DNA of 47,034 nucleotides from contig JAKSBL010000019.1 of assembly GCA_022361115.1 (NCBI GenBank), positions 1 through 47,034 on the forward strand, read 5' to 3'. This DNA comes from Spirochaetota bacterium (lineage in GTDB: Bacteria; Spirochaetota; GWE2-31-10). Both the position numbers and the translations under genes were made by a program. Of this stretch, positions 35,040 through 44,712 are shown in pieces (position 1 is the stretch's first letter; every line of letters starts with the position of its first letter). The notes under the pieces are model-generated. The model was not told the origin of the DNA, did no database searches, and was given only the letters and a program-made list of their open reading frames with translations.

Positions 35040-35212
35040 AGCTTGAGAAATCTAAATCAGATTTGTTGATAGCAGAAAACATGGGAGTGTAGGCTGTACA
35101 CCACTAATAGAAAGTGTCTTTAAAGCATTTTATTGGATTTAAATTAATCTAAGCTTATTTGTTTTTTTTAACGATATTAAAATACTTGGTTTTATAAATA
35201 AAGGAGAATAAA

Positions 35213-35932
35213 TTGAAACTTTTAGGTGTTAATATTGATCATATTGCAACTTTGAGAAATGCTAGAGGAGAATTTTTCCCCCCCCTTTCTCATGCTGCCT
35301 CCATTGTAGAACAAGCTGGTGGAGATTTTATTACCATCCATCTAAGAGAAGATCGACGTCATATAAATGATGATGATTTAGCCCATCTTTCTCAAACAGT
35401 CACTACCTATTTAAATCTGGAAATGGCCTGTAATGAAGACGTGTTAAAACGGGCAATCGAGCACAAGCCTTTTAAAGCTACTTTGGTTCCAGAACGACGA
35501 GAAGAAGTGACGACCGAAGGGGGGCTGGATGTAGTGAATCACTTTGACAAGATCAAAGAATATGTCACTGCTTTAAAAGAAAATAATATTTTCGTTAGCC
35601 TTTTTATTGAACCAGATATCAAAGGGATTGATAAGTTCATGGAAACAGGGGCCGATGATATTGAAATTCATACTGGTGGCTATTCTCTGGCAACACCTCA
35701 GCAAAAGCCAGTTGTTTTAAAAAGGATATCTGAGTTTGCTCAAAATGCTCAAAAAAAGGGATTGAAAATTTGTGCAGGCCATGGTTTAACCTATCATAAC
35801 ATTAGCCCGATCTGTCAGATCAAAGAAATTGAAGAATTTAATATTGGTTATTCCATTATTGTCCGTTCAATTTTTTCAGGATTAAAAAACGCTGTAAGTG
35901 ATATGAAACGCTTGATCAAAGAAGCAAACTAA
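35213..35932 (+). CDS. pdxJ: Pyridoxine 5'-phosphate synthase (DXP-dependent route)
   Basis: 239 aa with a TTG start after AAAGGAG. 'LGVNIDHIATLRNARG', 'ITIHLREDRRHI', 'LVPERREEVTTEGGLDV', 'IEIHTG' and 'AGHGLTYHN' are near-identical to E. coli PdxJ motifs. Confidence 0.93.
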   Translation: MKLLGVNIDHIATLRNARGEFFPPLSHAASIVEQAGGDFITIHLREDRRHINDDDLAHLSQTVTTYLNLEMACNEDVLKRAIEHKPFKATLVPERREEVTTEGGLDVVNHFDKIKEYVTALKENNIFVSLFIEPDIKGIDKFMETGADDIEIHTGGYSLATPQQKPVVLKRISEFAQNAQKKGLKICAGHGLTYHNISPICQIKEIEEFNIGYSIIVRSIFSGLKNAVSDMKRLIKEAN

Positions 35933-35935
35933 ACA

Positions 35936-36322
35936 ATGATTTTAGGAATTGGAATTGATATTTGTGAAGTAGATCGCTTTAAACGATTAGTAAATGAAGA
36001 AGCTTTTTTGCAGAAGGTTTTTACACCATCTGAGATTAGCTATGGAAAGAAGTATAAACATCCTGCTCCTGTATTTGCGGTACGTTTTGCAGCTAAAGAA
36101 GCTTTTGTTAAAGCAATTGGAACAGGTATTCGGGATGGTGTTTCTCTAAAAGAAATTGAAGTAATAAAAGATAAATTTGGAAAACCCGATTTACAGCTGC
36201 ATGGTAAAACAAAAGAAGTGTTTTCCGGTTTAGGCGGTGGTGAGATTTGTATTTCACTCAGTCACGAAAAACATTCAGCCGTGGCTGTAGTCATCATCGA
36301 GAAAGAGATAAAATATGAGTGA
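35936..36322 (+). CDS. acpS: Holo-ACP synthase (4'-phosphopantetheinyl transferase)
   Basis: 128 aa with 'ILGIGIDICEVDRF', 'FAAKEAFVKA' and 'ISLSHE'. It shows the conserved pdxJ-acpS adjacency. Confidence 0.9.
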   Translation: MILGIGIDICEVDRFKRLVNEEAFLQKVFTPSEISYGKKYKHPAPVFAVRFAAKEAFVKAIGTGIRDGVSLKEIEVIKDKFGKPDLQLHGKTKEVFSGLGGGEICISLSHEKHSAVAVVIIEKEIKYE

Positions 36323-37181
36323 TGTGCAAAAATTTATTCCAAAATTGACTTTTTTATCTAAAAAACCTATTATTTGTCCAGTTTGCCAGCAAGAATTTTA
36401 TCATGAAAACATGATGTCTGGTGGAGGAAGATTAATTGCTGAAGATATATCGGACAAATTACATCGGAATTATAAACCAAGTCAGAAATTTGGCAAGGTA
36501 TACCCATTGATTTACCCGGTTGTGGTCTGTCCTGATTGTTTCTATGCATCCCTGCCAGGTGATTTTGATAAAATTGAAGAAGATATGGCTGCTACACTTA
36601 AAATGAAAACACAGGAACGAATTGATTTTGCCAATCGCCTTATCGGAGGAGTGATTGATTTTTCCCGTTATCGAACATTAGAATCCGGAGCAGTGAGCTA
36701 TGTTTTAGCTGCTGAATGTTATGACTCATTTAATCCAAAAATGCTGCCAGTTATTAAACAGGCAATTTGTTCTATCCGGGGTGCTTATCTTTTTGAGGAT
36801 TTAAACAAAGAAAAACCAAATCATTATTTTGATTATTTGACAGAAATGTTCTATAAAAAAGCTCTTTTCTTTTATCAGCATGCAGTTGATTTAAACCAAA
36901 ATAAACAACAGATTATGGAGAACATGAAGACTTTTGGTCCAGATCTGGATAAAAATTATGGTTATGATGGCATTACTTATTTAATTGCAGTCTTAACATA
37001 TCAATATAAACCAAAAGAAGATCCTGAAATACGGAGAGCTGATTTAGAGGAGTCAAAATTGCTCTTTGGGAAATTATTTGGTATGGGAAAATCCAATGTG
37101 GACAAACCAAAAGAAATATTGGATAAATCCCGTGATTTTTATGAAATGATTAACCAGGAATTAAAGGCGCAAAATGCCTAA
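36315..37181 (+). CDS. DUF2225-like protein (zinc ribbon plus helical domain)
   Basis: 288 aa. 'CPVCQQEF...GGGRLIAEDISD...YPVVVCPDCFYASLPGDFDKI' matches the DUF2225 N-terminal pattern as I remember it. Confidence 0.55.
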   Translation: MSDVQKFIPKLTFLSKKPIICPVCQQEFYHENMMSGGGRLIAEDISDKLHRNYKPSQKFGKVYPLIYPVVVCPDCFYASLPGDFDKIEEDMAATLKMKTQERIDFANRLIGGVIDFSRYRTLESGAVSYVLAAECYDSFNPKMLPVIKQAICSIRGAYLFEDLNKEKPNHYFDYLTEMFYKKALFFYQHAVDLNQNKQQIMENMKTFGPDLDKNYGYDGITYLIAVLTYQYKPKEDPEIRRADLEESKLLFGKLFGMGKSNVDKPKEILDKSRDFYEMINQELKAQNA

Positions 37182-37917
37182 CATAAAATTAATCCTATCC
37201 TATGATGGTACTGATTTTGCAGGTTTTCAATCCCAGGTGGATCAAAGAACTATAGAGGATGAACTGAAACTAGCTATCAGAAAAATTGAAAAAAAGGATA
37301 AGGTAACCATTTATTGTGCAGGCCGTACAGATACAGGTGTTCATGCAGAAGAGCAGGTTATAAATTTTTACACTGAACAACAAAACATGGAGCCCTTTAA
37401 TTGGATTATGGCTATGAATTCATTATTACCCCATGATATCCGAGTGATTCAATGTGAGTTAGTTGCCAATGAGTTTAATGCTCGTCGTAGTGCAATTAAA
37501 AGGGAGTATTGGTATCATCTTTATAATGGTCCTTTTATCTCGGCACTTCAATATCGTTATGCTGCTCACTATCCAAAAATATTATCTTTAGACAAGTTAC
37601 AGCAGTATATTCCTTACTTTATTGGGGAACATGATTTTACTTCTTTTTGTGCATCCACTGATAGCTCTTTTTCAAAAGTGAGAAGGATTGAATCCTTTTT
37701 TATTGAAAAAAAGAATGATCAGTTTATATTTAAAATAACCGGCAATGCTTTTCTTCACCATATGATCAGAACAATTATTGGAACCATATTAAACATGGTG
37801 AAAAATGATGAAGATCCAGCAAAAATTGAGAAGCTTATAAAAGTAAAAGATCGAAACCAGGCAGGACCAACCTATTATGCCTGCGGATTGGTATTAAAAC
37901 GTGTGTACTATTCATGA
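37174..37917 (+). CDS. truA: tRNA pseudouridine(38-40) synthase
   Basis: 247 aa with 'YDGTDFAGFQSQ', 'AGRTDTGVHA' (catalytic Asp), 'GEHDFTSF' and 'AFLHHMIR'. Confidence 0.9.
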   Translation: MPNIKLILSYDGTDFAGFQSQVDQRTIEDELKLAIRKIEKKDKVTIYCAGRTDTGVHAEEQVINFYTEQQNMEPFNWIMAMNSLLPHDIRVIQCELVANEFNARRSAIKREYWYHLYNGPFISALQYRYAAHYPKILSLDKLQQYIPYFIGEHDFTSFCASTDSSFSKVRRIESFFIEKKNDQFIFKITGNAFLHHMIRTIIGTILNMVKNDEDPAKIEKLIKVKDRNQAGPTYYACGLVLKRVYYS

Positions 37918-38567
37918 CAACAGCTAATAAAGAAATTTTAAAGCAGTATTTAGCAGATATTCCTCAGGTAGCTGACAAAATCAATCAGATAGGACAGCTT
38001 TTGAATTTTTTACTAACAGAAAATCAGAATCTTAATTTAATCTCTAGAAAGCTGGTTTTTGCAGATATTGTTAAGGATCATGTTTATGACTGCCTATCTG
38101 CAGTTTCCTATTTTACTTCCTATTCTGCAATCACAGACTTAGGCAGTGGTGGAGGGTTTCCAGCACTTTTGTTAGCCATTGTATTTCCCGATAAAAAAGT
38201 AAATTTAGTAGAAAAGAGTGTAAAAAAAAGTCAATTTTTAAACAAAGCAATTCAACATTTAGAATTGAGAAATGCACAGGTATACGAAAAAACTTTGATG
38301 CAAACTTCCGAGGACCTTGATATTCCATGTGATGTCATCACTTGCCGGGCATTTAAATCAATTGTGGAAATACTGAACTTTACCAGGAAATTTTTTCATC
38401 ATAATGTCAGTTATCTATTGTATAAAGCAAGAATGGAAACAATTGAGAGTGAGTTAATTCTGGCTGCAAAGAAGTTTTCTATTCAATATGAAATTCATAG
38501 GGTGGCAGCTTTATTAGAAAAAGAACGACATATGGTTATCTTAAGGAAAAGCAGTGACAAAATATAG
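37914..38567 (+). CDS. rsmG: 16S rRNA (guanine527-N7)-methyltransferase
   Basis: 217 aa with 'NLISRK......KDHVYDC' and 'DLGSGGGFPALLLAI'. It overlaps truA by 4 nt. Confidence 0.85.
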   Translation: MTTANKEILKQYLADIPQVADKINQIGQLLNFLLTENQNLNLISRKLVFADIVKDHVYDCLSAVSYFTSYSAITDLGSGGGFPALLLAIVFPDKKVNLVEKSVKKSQFLNKAIQHLELRNAQVYEKTLMQTSEDLDIPCDVITCRAFKSIVEILNFTRKFFHHNVSYLLYKARMETIESELILAAKKFSIQYEIHRVAALLEKERHMVILRKSSDKI

Positions 38568-39723
38568 AATATCTTTTTTATTCATTTTTTTATTGTTAGC
38601 CCTTCTTGGCTGTCAGAAAAAACAAGAAGTCTATTTCTTTCATAATAGCCCCGGTTATGCCCACTTTATTTATGAGCAGCAAAAAGAAATTTTTGAAGAA
38701 AACCATCCTGATATAACTTTGAGAATCATACAAGCTGATGAGGAGCAATTAAAATCAGCATTAGCAGCCAATGAGGTTGATGTACTCCATTATTCAGCAG
38801 AGATTTTAACAAATCCGGATTTAGCTAGTTATTTGTTAAATATTGAATTGTTTTTTTCAGCTGATGAAATAAAAGCTCATCATCAACAGGCTTTACAAAG
38901 TTTGACAGTGAATGACCGCCTAATAGCTCTGCCAGATCAATTTTATGATCATGTGATTCTCTATTATAACCAAAATTTAGGAGTAACCCTTCCGCATAGC
39001 AGTAAAAAATTTAAAAACCTTCACAGACAGTTAGTTCAACAAGATATACCGTATCTACTCACTTACAATCAATTGGATCCTTACTTGTTATATCCATTTA
39101 TTAGCGGAGCTGGAAAAAAAATAGAAGATCGATCAGATTTAAAGAAATTTTTTGATAAAAAAACTTATAGTGCTTTACAATTTCTTAATCTATTGATATT
39201 TAATAAATGGATCCCTAATCAGTGTGATGGCCAGCAAGCACGAGATTTTTTTCTGAACAGCAAAAGTTTCATGTTAATAGATTACGCTCATTTTTACCCT
39301 TTTTTAGCAGAAAAACTTGGCGGGCAATTGGGAGTGGCTGATTTTCTTCCCTGGATAAATTCAGAAATATCTCCAAAATCCTGGGCTAAAGCTAATGGTT
39401 ATGGAGTTCCAAAGAAAATTAGTGAAGGGAAATCTGTTTTAGTGAAAGATTGGATTCAGCAAATGACCAGTCCAGCTGCTTTAGCAGAGTGGGCAAAACT
39501 GGGAAGGTTTTCTTCCCTTGCATCTGAGTTAAATAATAGCCAATCAGTTATATATCAGCTATTAAATCAAGCTCATATCAAGCCAAAACAGGAAATATAC
39601 CATATTTATTTTAAAGCAGTGCTGGATGAAATAAATGGTTTATATGAACAACATTATTCATATCCAAAAGTTTTAGAAAAAATACAAAACAGTATCAATA
39701 TTTTATTGGAGCAACAAAAATGA
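38554..39723 (+). CDS. Lipoprotein, family-1 extracellular solute-binding protein-like
   Basis: 389 aa with a GTG start and the lipobox 'LLALLGC'. Overall length and pattern fit sugar-type SBPs. No permease is adjacent. Confidence 0.55.
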   Translation: MTKYRISFLFIFLLLALLGCQKKQEVYFFHNSPGYAHFIYEQQKEIFEENHPDITLRIIQADEEQLKSALAANEVDVLHYSAEILTNPDLASYLLNIELFFSADEIKAHHQQALQSLTVNDRLIALPDQFYDHVILYYNQNLGVTLPHSSKKFKNLHRQLVQQDIPYLLTYNQLDPYLLYPFISGAGKKIEDRSDLKKFFDKKTYSALQFLNLLIFNKWIPNQCDGQQARDFFLNSKSFMLIDYAHFYPFLAEKLGGQLGVADFLPWINSEISPKSWAKANGYGVPKKISEGKSVLVKDWIQQMTSPAALAEWAKLGRFSSLASELNNSQSVIYQLLNQAHIKPKQEIYHIYFKAVLDEINGLYEQHYSYPKVLEKIQNSINILLEQQK

Positions 39724-40058
39724 ACTCTCCTTTTACTCAAAGAATAATAGCTATAATAAAGGCCATTCCCAAAGGGAAAATTGCAACCTATGGAATGATA
39801 GCTGCTTTAGCTGGCAATCCCAGAGGGGCCAGACAGGTGGTTCGGATATTGCATACCTTTAGCAGTAAAGAACAATTACCCTGGCAAAGGGTGATCAATA
39901 GTAAGGGTAAAATTTCTCTCCCCAATCCTGATGACTATTTGAGACAAAGAGAATTATTAGAGGCTGAAGGGATAGAATTTGAAGAAGATGACCGGATAGA
40001 TTTGGATCAATTTCTCTGGCACCCGATTATCAATGAGAATGATGAAAGCTGGCTTTAA
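39720..40058 (+). CDS. Alkyltransferase-like (ATL/YbaZ-type) MGMT-family DNA-binding protein lacking the acceptor Cys
   Basis: 112 aa. 'IPKGKIATYGMIAALAGNPRGARQVV' is the MGMT HTH. 'LPWQRVINSKGKIS' sits where MGMT has 'PCHRV', with Trp replacing Cys. Confidence 0.75.
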   Translation: MNSPFTQRIIAIIKAIPKGKIATYGMIAALAGNPRGARQVVRILHTFSSKEQLPWQRVINSKGKISLPNPDDYLRQRELLEAEGIEFEEDDRIDLDQFLWHPIINENDESWL

Positions 40059-40861
40059 TGATTAAAAGAATTTTCCTTACTTTAAGCTTCTTAATCCTTT
40101 TGAGCAATATAACTTTCCTCTTTTCTGCAGATCTAAAAAAGTGGAGCCATTATTATCATCAAAAACAACCAGTTTTTCTTCATCCAGACAGCTATTTATT
40201 ACTATTGCTCCTGCAAAAAATCGATTCTGAATTTTATGCTGCAAATATTCTTTCACCAAGAACAGATCTATTAACCATTAGTCCCTTTCGGCGTATCTAC
40301 AATCGAGAAGATTATGCAAAAGATCTGGTTATGAAACCTCTGCCACAACCACCTGTCGGGGAATATTTTAATTCTTCTTATTCAGTTAATCCTAAGTATC
40401 AAAAATACTTAGAAGAACCCTGGGATGATTTAATATTGAAAGCTTTATACTCTGATCTTTTAGGATTTACTGATCGTGATTTTTATTTGATCTATAGTTT
40501 GAGAAGCAATACAGGTGATTATACAGATACTCATGTGCTCTTAGCACTATTATTAGTTAAGGAAAATCAGGGTTATAAAAAACAGCGATTAGAAACAGGA
40601 ATTACAAAAATCGTGAAAACACTTTTAAAGAAACAAAAAAATCAACCTGATAATATTGATTTATTTGCCGAAAGAATAGTTTTTCTTTACTGGGCAGGTT
40701 ATGGTCACAAAATTAAACCAGAATGGATTGACAGGATAAAAAAGATGCAAAATCCTGATCAAGGTTGGGGAGATGATGGCTCTGATGCCCATGCGACAGG
40801 TTTAGCCCTTCTTTCAATAGCTTATTTTGAGGAAGGTAAACGGAAACAATTTTTTTATTAG
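40058..40861 (+). CDS. Hypothetical secreted protein with one prenyltransferase/squalene-cyclase-like repeat
   Basis: 267 aa. Signal-like 'IFLTLSFLILLSNITFLFSA'. C-terminal 'QNPDQGWGDDGSDAHATGLALLSI' resembles the QxxDGGWG alpha-alpha toroid repeat. Confidence 0.35.
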   Translation: MIKRIFLTLSFLILLSNITFLFSADLKKWSHYYHQKQPVFLHPDSYLLLLLLQKIDSEFYAANILSPRTDLLTISPFRRIYNREDYAKDLVMKPLPQPPVGEYFNSSYSVNPKYQKYLEEPWDDLILKALYSDLLGFTDRDFYLIYSLRSNTGDYTDTHVLLALLLVKENQGYKKQRLETGITKIVKTLLKKQKNQPDNIDLFAERIVFLYWAGYGHKIKPEWIDRIKKMQNPDQGWGDDGSDAHATGLALLSIAYFEEGKRKQFFY

Positions 40862-40881
40862 GTATAAAACAGGAGAATATT

Positions 40882-41526
40882 TTGAAAGATTACCAATGTT
40901 ATTTGTTTGATGCTGACGGTACATTAATGGATACTATGGATTTGATTTATCAATGTTTTAAAAATACCACCCAGCATTATGTCAATAAAGTTTTTGATAG
41001 AGCAACTGTTCTTTCTTATGTTGGCTTACCTTTTTTGGAACAGCTGGAAAAACTGATTGGAAAACAAAGTGATCAAAAAGCAGAAGAAATATTAAAATTT
41101 CATAAAGAGTATCAACTCAGTATTTATCAAAATTATTTAAAACTCTATCCTTATGTCAAAGATACTCTAATTGAGTTGAAAAATAAAAATAAAAAGCTTG
41201 GAGTGATTTCATCTCGAGAACACAGAACATTGGATTTGTTTTTAAAGCAGTTTGATATCTTTCATTTATTTGATATAGTACTCAGTCCTTCTGATTGTGC
41301 CAGACCAAAACCTCATCCTGACCCGGTGCTCCTTGCTTTGCAAAAACTATCTATCTATCCCACTGAAGCTCTTTTTGTTGGAGATGCAGTTTTTGATCTG
41401 GATTGTGGCAAAGCAGCAGGTGTGGATACTGCTCTGGTTAGCTGGAGTCACCTAATTTTGGATGAATTGAACAATCCGCCTACATGGTTATTAAAAAATT
41501 TTCATCAACTTATTACTTTAGAATAA
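40882..41526 (+). CDS. HAD-superfamily phosphatase (PGP/PpaX-like)
   Basis: 214 aa with a TTG start after AGGAGA. Motif I 'YLFDADGTLMDT', motif II 'ISSRE', and 'KPHPDP...VGDAVFDLDCGKAAG'. Confidence 0.8.
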   Translation: MKDYQCYLFDADGTLMDTMDLIYQCFKNTTQHYVNKVFDRATVLSYVGLPFLEQLEKLIGKQSDQKAEEILKFHKEYQLSIYQNYLKLYPYVKDTLIELKNKNKKLGVISSREHRTLDLFLKQFDIFHLFDIVLSPSDCARPKPHPDPVLLALQKLSIYPTEALFVGDAVFDLDCGKAAGVDTALVSWSHLILDELNNPPTWLLKNFHQLITLE

Positions 41527-41727
41527 TGAAGTGTTTGTAAAAATAGCCACATTTATAGTAAATTTTGGTTGAAAACTTTTTAATCGACATTTTTTTGCAA
41601 ACACCAAAAAATATTTATTTTAAAAGAGACTTTAGTATTAGTCATTTATTTTAGTTGAGTTATAAAAAAAAAGTAATATAATTAAAGTTATTCTACAACT
41701 TCTTCTGTAAGGGGTAAGGAGAATAAT

Positions 41728-42645
41728 ATGATGAAACACAACCTCCAGATTCTACTAATCGAAGATAATCCTGATGATATTCATTATATGCTGGAGTTGT
41801 TTTCCATCTTAAATAATGAGGCGCTTAATGAGTATCAGTTCAAAGTTATTACAAAAGGGACTATAAGCGATTCTCTTGATTATTTAGTTGAAAATCATGT
41901 GGATGTTATCCTTTTAGATCTTGCCCTGCCAGATAACCGGGGAATAGAATGCCTGGAAAAATTTGAAGAAATTATTTTTGAGATCCCTATTATTGTTTTA
42001 ACAGGCTTAAATGATCAAGCTTTAGCGAAAAAAATGGTTCGTTCCGGTGTAGAAGATTTTTTGATTAAAGATACAATCAGTAAAGAATTATTACTAAGAA
42101 CCATACGATTTTCAATTGAACGACATAAAATGTTGTTTATGTTAAAGCAATTAGCTGTTATGGATGACTTAACAGGTTTGTACAATCGAAGAGGGTTCTA
42201 TACCCTGGCACACCATCATTGTAAACTGGCCAAAAGAAGAGAGGCTAATGTTTTAATTTTTTATATTGATATTGATAAAATGAAACAAATTAATGATAAT
42301 CATGGACATAAAGAAGGTGATATTGCCATAGTTGATACAGCAAATATCTTAAAGGAAAGCTTTAGAGATACAGATATTATTGCCCGTATTGGGGGAGATG
42401 AATTTGTGGTTTTAGCTATAGAAGCTCATGCTAATCACAGAAATATGCTATTAACCCGCTTAGAAGATACACTGCTGCAATATCAAAAAAATAATAATCG
42501 TCTGTTTCAGTTATCTCTCAGTTATGGGGTGGAACATTATATCAACGTAACCCATACCCAAATTGATGAAATCTTAGAAAATGCAGATAATAAAATGTAT
42601 GAACATAAGCGGAAGAAGAAGATGGCTGAAGAGAGAAAACCTTAG
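41728..42645 (+). CDS. Response regulator receiver plus GGDEF diguanylate cyclase
   Basis: 305 aa. REC ('ILLIEDNPDD', 'DVILLDLALPD'). GGDEF domain with 'LTGLYNRRGF', an intact 'GGDEF' and an RxxD I-site ('RDTD') five residues upstream. Confidence 0.9.
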   Translation: MMKHNLQILLIEDNPDDIHYMLELFSILNNEALNEYQFKVITKGTISDSLDYLVENHVDVILLDLALPDNRGIECLEKFEEIIFEIPIIVLTGLNDQALAKKMVRSGVEDFLIKDTISKELLLRTIRFSIERHKMLFMLKQLAVMDDLTGLYNRRGFYTLAHHHCKLAKRREANVLIFYIDIDKMKQINDNHGHKEGDIAIVDTANILKESFRDTDIIARIGGDEFVVLAIEAHANHRNMLLTRLEDTLLQYQKNNNRLFQLSLSYGVEHYINVTHTQIDEILENADNKMYEHKRKKKMAEERKP

Positions 42646-43100
42646 TACTGCTGGGGGAGTTTTTTCTTAAAACTTAAAAGGACTTGTCGTTGATTTGTTT
42701 TTATCTCAAATTGATAACTGAGTTCTTTCTTTTTTTTCACTTGATAAATCAGACTGATGATAAAAAGCGGTAGCCCGACACAGAACAGTATTGATCCAAG
42801 AACTGTTAAAGATAGCCCTAAAAATCGGCAAATCAAAGTTGGAATAGTTGCATTTGTCGAGAAACTCACTACTAAATTGGTTATACCAGCTATTGTTATT
42901 ACATCACCACTAATAAATAATAAGAGACCAGGATAAAAGAGTTTATTATTTTTAAATGGTTTTTGTATATCTTTATCTGTTTGAGTTTGTTGAGTTGAAT
43001 CATTGCTGAAGGAGAGAATGATTTTAGTATCAGGATTGCCGAGTTTCAAGTTTGCAAAACCTGAAAAAGAGAGGCATAATAAAAAAGATATGAATAGCAA
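42642..43100 (-). CDS. Hypothetical membrane protein
   Basis: 152 aa with a signal-like N-terminus and two or three hydrophobic helices. I recognise no family. It converges on and overlaps the GGDEF gene stop by 4 nt. Confidence 0.4.
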   Translation of the reverse strand: MLFISFLLCLSFSGFANLKLGNPDTKIILSFSNDSTQQTQTDKDIQKPFKNNKLFYPGLLLFISGDVITIAGITNLVVSFSTNATIPTLICRFLGLSLTVLGSILFCVGLPLFIISLIYQVKKKKELSYQFEIKTNQRQVLLSFKKKLPQQY

Positions 43101-43210
43101 CTGTTTGATGAATTTTATGTTTGAATCCTCAAAATTTAAATATTTCAGATAAAATATATCATAAAAGTCTGCTATTGACTATAAATAAAAAGTAAAAGTA
43201 TATTATTCTT

Positions 43211-44140
43211 ATGCGTATTGATCGAATGTTATCCATTATCATTATTCTTCTTAATCGGAACCAGGTAACTGCCAGAGAATTAGCAAAAGAATTTGAAGTT
43301 TCTATTAGAACTATTTATCGAGATATTGATGCAATCAATCTGGCTGGTATCCCTATTGTACCGCAAGCTGGAAATAGGGGTGGATATTCCATTTTAGATA
43401 ATTATAAAATTGACCACCGTTTATTATCATTAAATGATCTGACTGCTATTTTATCTTCATTAAAGGGTTTAAATATTACTCTGCAAAATAAAGACTTTTC
43501 TCAAACCATTGAAAAGATCGAAAGCTTGGTGCCAGGAGAGAAGCAAGCAGAATTAAAGGATTCATTAAATAAATATGTCATTGATATAGTTCCTTGGGGA
43601 TATTCTGAAAAACAGCGACAGATTATAAAAGTGGTTTATCAGGCTATTAATGATTGTCAGGTTTTAAAATTTTGGTATGTAAATGCTAAAGGGGAAAAAA
43701 CCAATCGTTCTGTTGAGCCAATCACACTGATCTTAAAAGGAAATCTCTGGTATTTATTTGCTTATTGCAGGCTTAAAAGTGATTTTCGTTTTTTTCGTTT
43801 ATTTCGAATGAAAAATTTAGAAATTCTAAATAAACATTTTGAGTGGAAAAATATTTCTTATTTAAACTATTTTAATAAAATCAATGTTCAAGAAGAAGAA
43901 ATTAATATTTGTCTGAAATTTAAACCTCAGGCCATACAAATTGTTGAAGAGTTTTATAATGATGATCAAATAAGCCTACTCGATAATGGATATCTGCAGG
44001 TAGATGTCACCTGGCCGGAAAGCGAATGGGTGTATCAAACGATTCTTTCTTACGGTGACCTTGTTGAGGTGCTGAAACCGGAAAAAGTTCGACATAAATT
44101 AAAAGAAAAATTAATGAATATGATGAGCTATTATCAATAA
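43211..44140 (+). CDS. YafY-type HTH plus WYL domain transcriptional regulator
   Basis: 309 aa with 'RIDRMLSIIIILLNRNQVTARELAKEFEVSIRTIYRDIDAINLAGIPI' and the WYL core 'NLWYLFAYC'. Confidence 0.8.
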   Translation: MRIDRMLSIIIILLNRNQVTARELAKEFEVSIRTIYRDIDAINLAGIPIVPQAGNRGGYSILDNYKIDHRLLSLNDLTAILSSLKGLNITLQNKDFSQTIEKIESLVPGEKQAELKDSLNKYVIDIVPWGYSEKQRQIIKVVYQAINDCQVLKFWYVNAKGEKTNRSVEPITLILKGNLWYLFAYCRLKSDFRFFRLFRMKNLEILNKHFEWKNISYLNYFNKINVQEEEINICLKFKPQAIQIVEEFYNDDQISLLDNGYLQVDVTWPESEWVYQTILSYGDLVEVLKPEKVRHKLKEKLMNMMSYYQ

Positions 44141-44166
44141 TAGTAAAGTGATTATGGAGAAATACA

Positions 44167-44652
44167 GTGGTAGTGATTATTCATGGTGATATCAATCAGG
44201 GAAAAACCTCAACTCTTCTATCGTTATATTATAAAAACAGGGATGGTGATGGATTTGTGCTTTTAAAGAAAATGATTGAGAACCAGCATAATGGTTATCA
44301 AATTATGCACCTCTCTACAGGACGAGTTATCCCCTTTGCTGTTCCCAGTAAGAGTAAACCGGATCACTGGAATGAGGTTTGTCAGCTAGGGAAGTATAGT
44401 TTTCATTCAAAAGGTTTTCTTTATGGTCAATATATTGTCGAAAAAATGTTGGAAACCGGAGTCTCTCCTTTTTATATTGATGAAGCAGGGCAACTGGAAA
44501 TAAGTGGAAAAGGGTTTCATTATGTTATCCAGCGGTTAATGTCTTTAAATAAACCACTATATCTTTCGGTTCGGAATAAATTTGTAGGCGATGTAATCAA
44601 ATGTTTTAATATTAAAAATTATCAACTAATAGAGGCCAGTGTTCAATCCTGA
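44167..44652 (+). CDS. P-loop NTPase, THEP1/DUF2478-like
   Basis: 161 aa with a GTG start. Walker A 'GDINQGKTS' and Walker B 'FYIDEAGQLE'. The pattern 'GF...K......GY.I..L.TG...PFA' resembles THEP1-type nucleoside triphosphatases. Confidence 0.55.
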   Translation: MVVIIHGDINQGKTSTLLSLYYKNRDGDGFVLLKKMIENQHNGYQIMHLSTGRVIPFAVPSKSKPDHWNEVCQLGKYSFHSKGFLYGQYIVEKMLETGVSPFYIDEAGQLEISGKGFHYVIQRLMSLNKPLYLSVRNKFVGDVIKCFNIKNYQLIEASVQS

Positions 44653-44712
44653 GAACCTGACAGGTTTATAATATATCTTGCTTTTTTTTGGATTCTGTGA
44701 CAAAATTGGCTC

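Noticed and set aside
35088-35125. 'cactaatagaaagtgtcttt' upstream of pdxJ as a collapsed copy of the 30407-30642 inverted-repeat element.
   Set aside because: Only a 9-mer and an 8-mer are shared. Matches of that length are expected by chance in 47 kb of AT-rich DNA.
41531-41607. Inverted repeat gtgtttgtaaaaa ... tttttttgcaaacac after the HAD gene as a defined element.
   Set aside because: The arms are AT-rich with one mismatch and the loop is ~47 nt. It could act as a weak terminator, but evidence is too thin to annotate.
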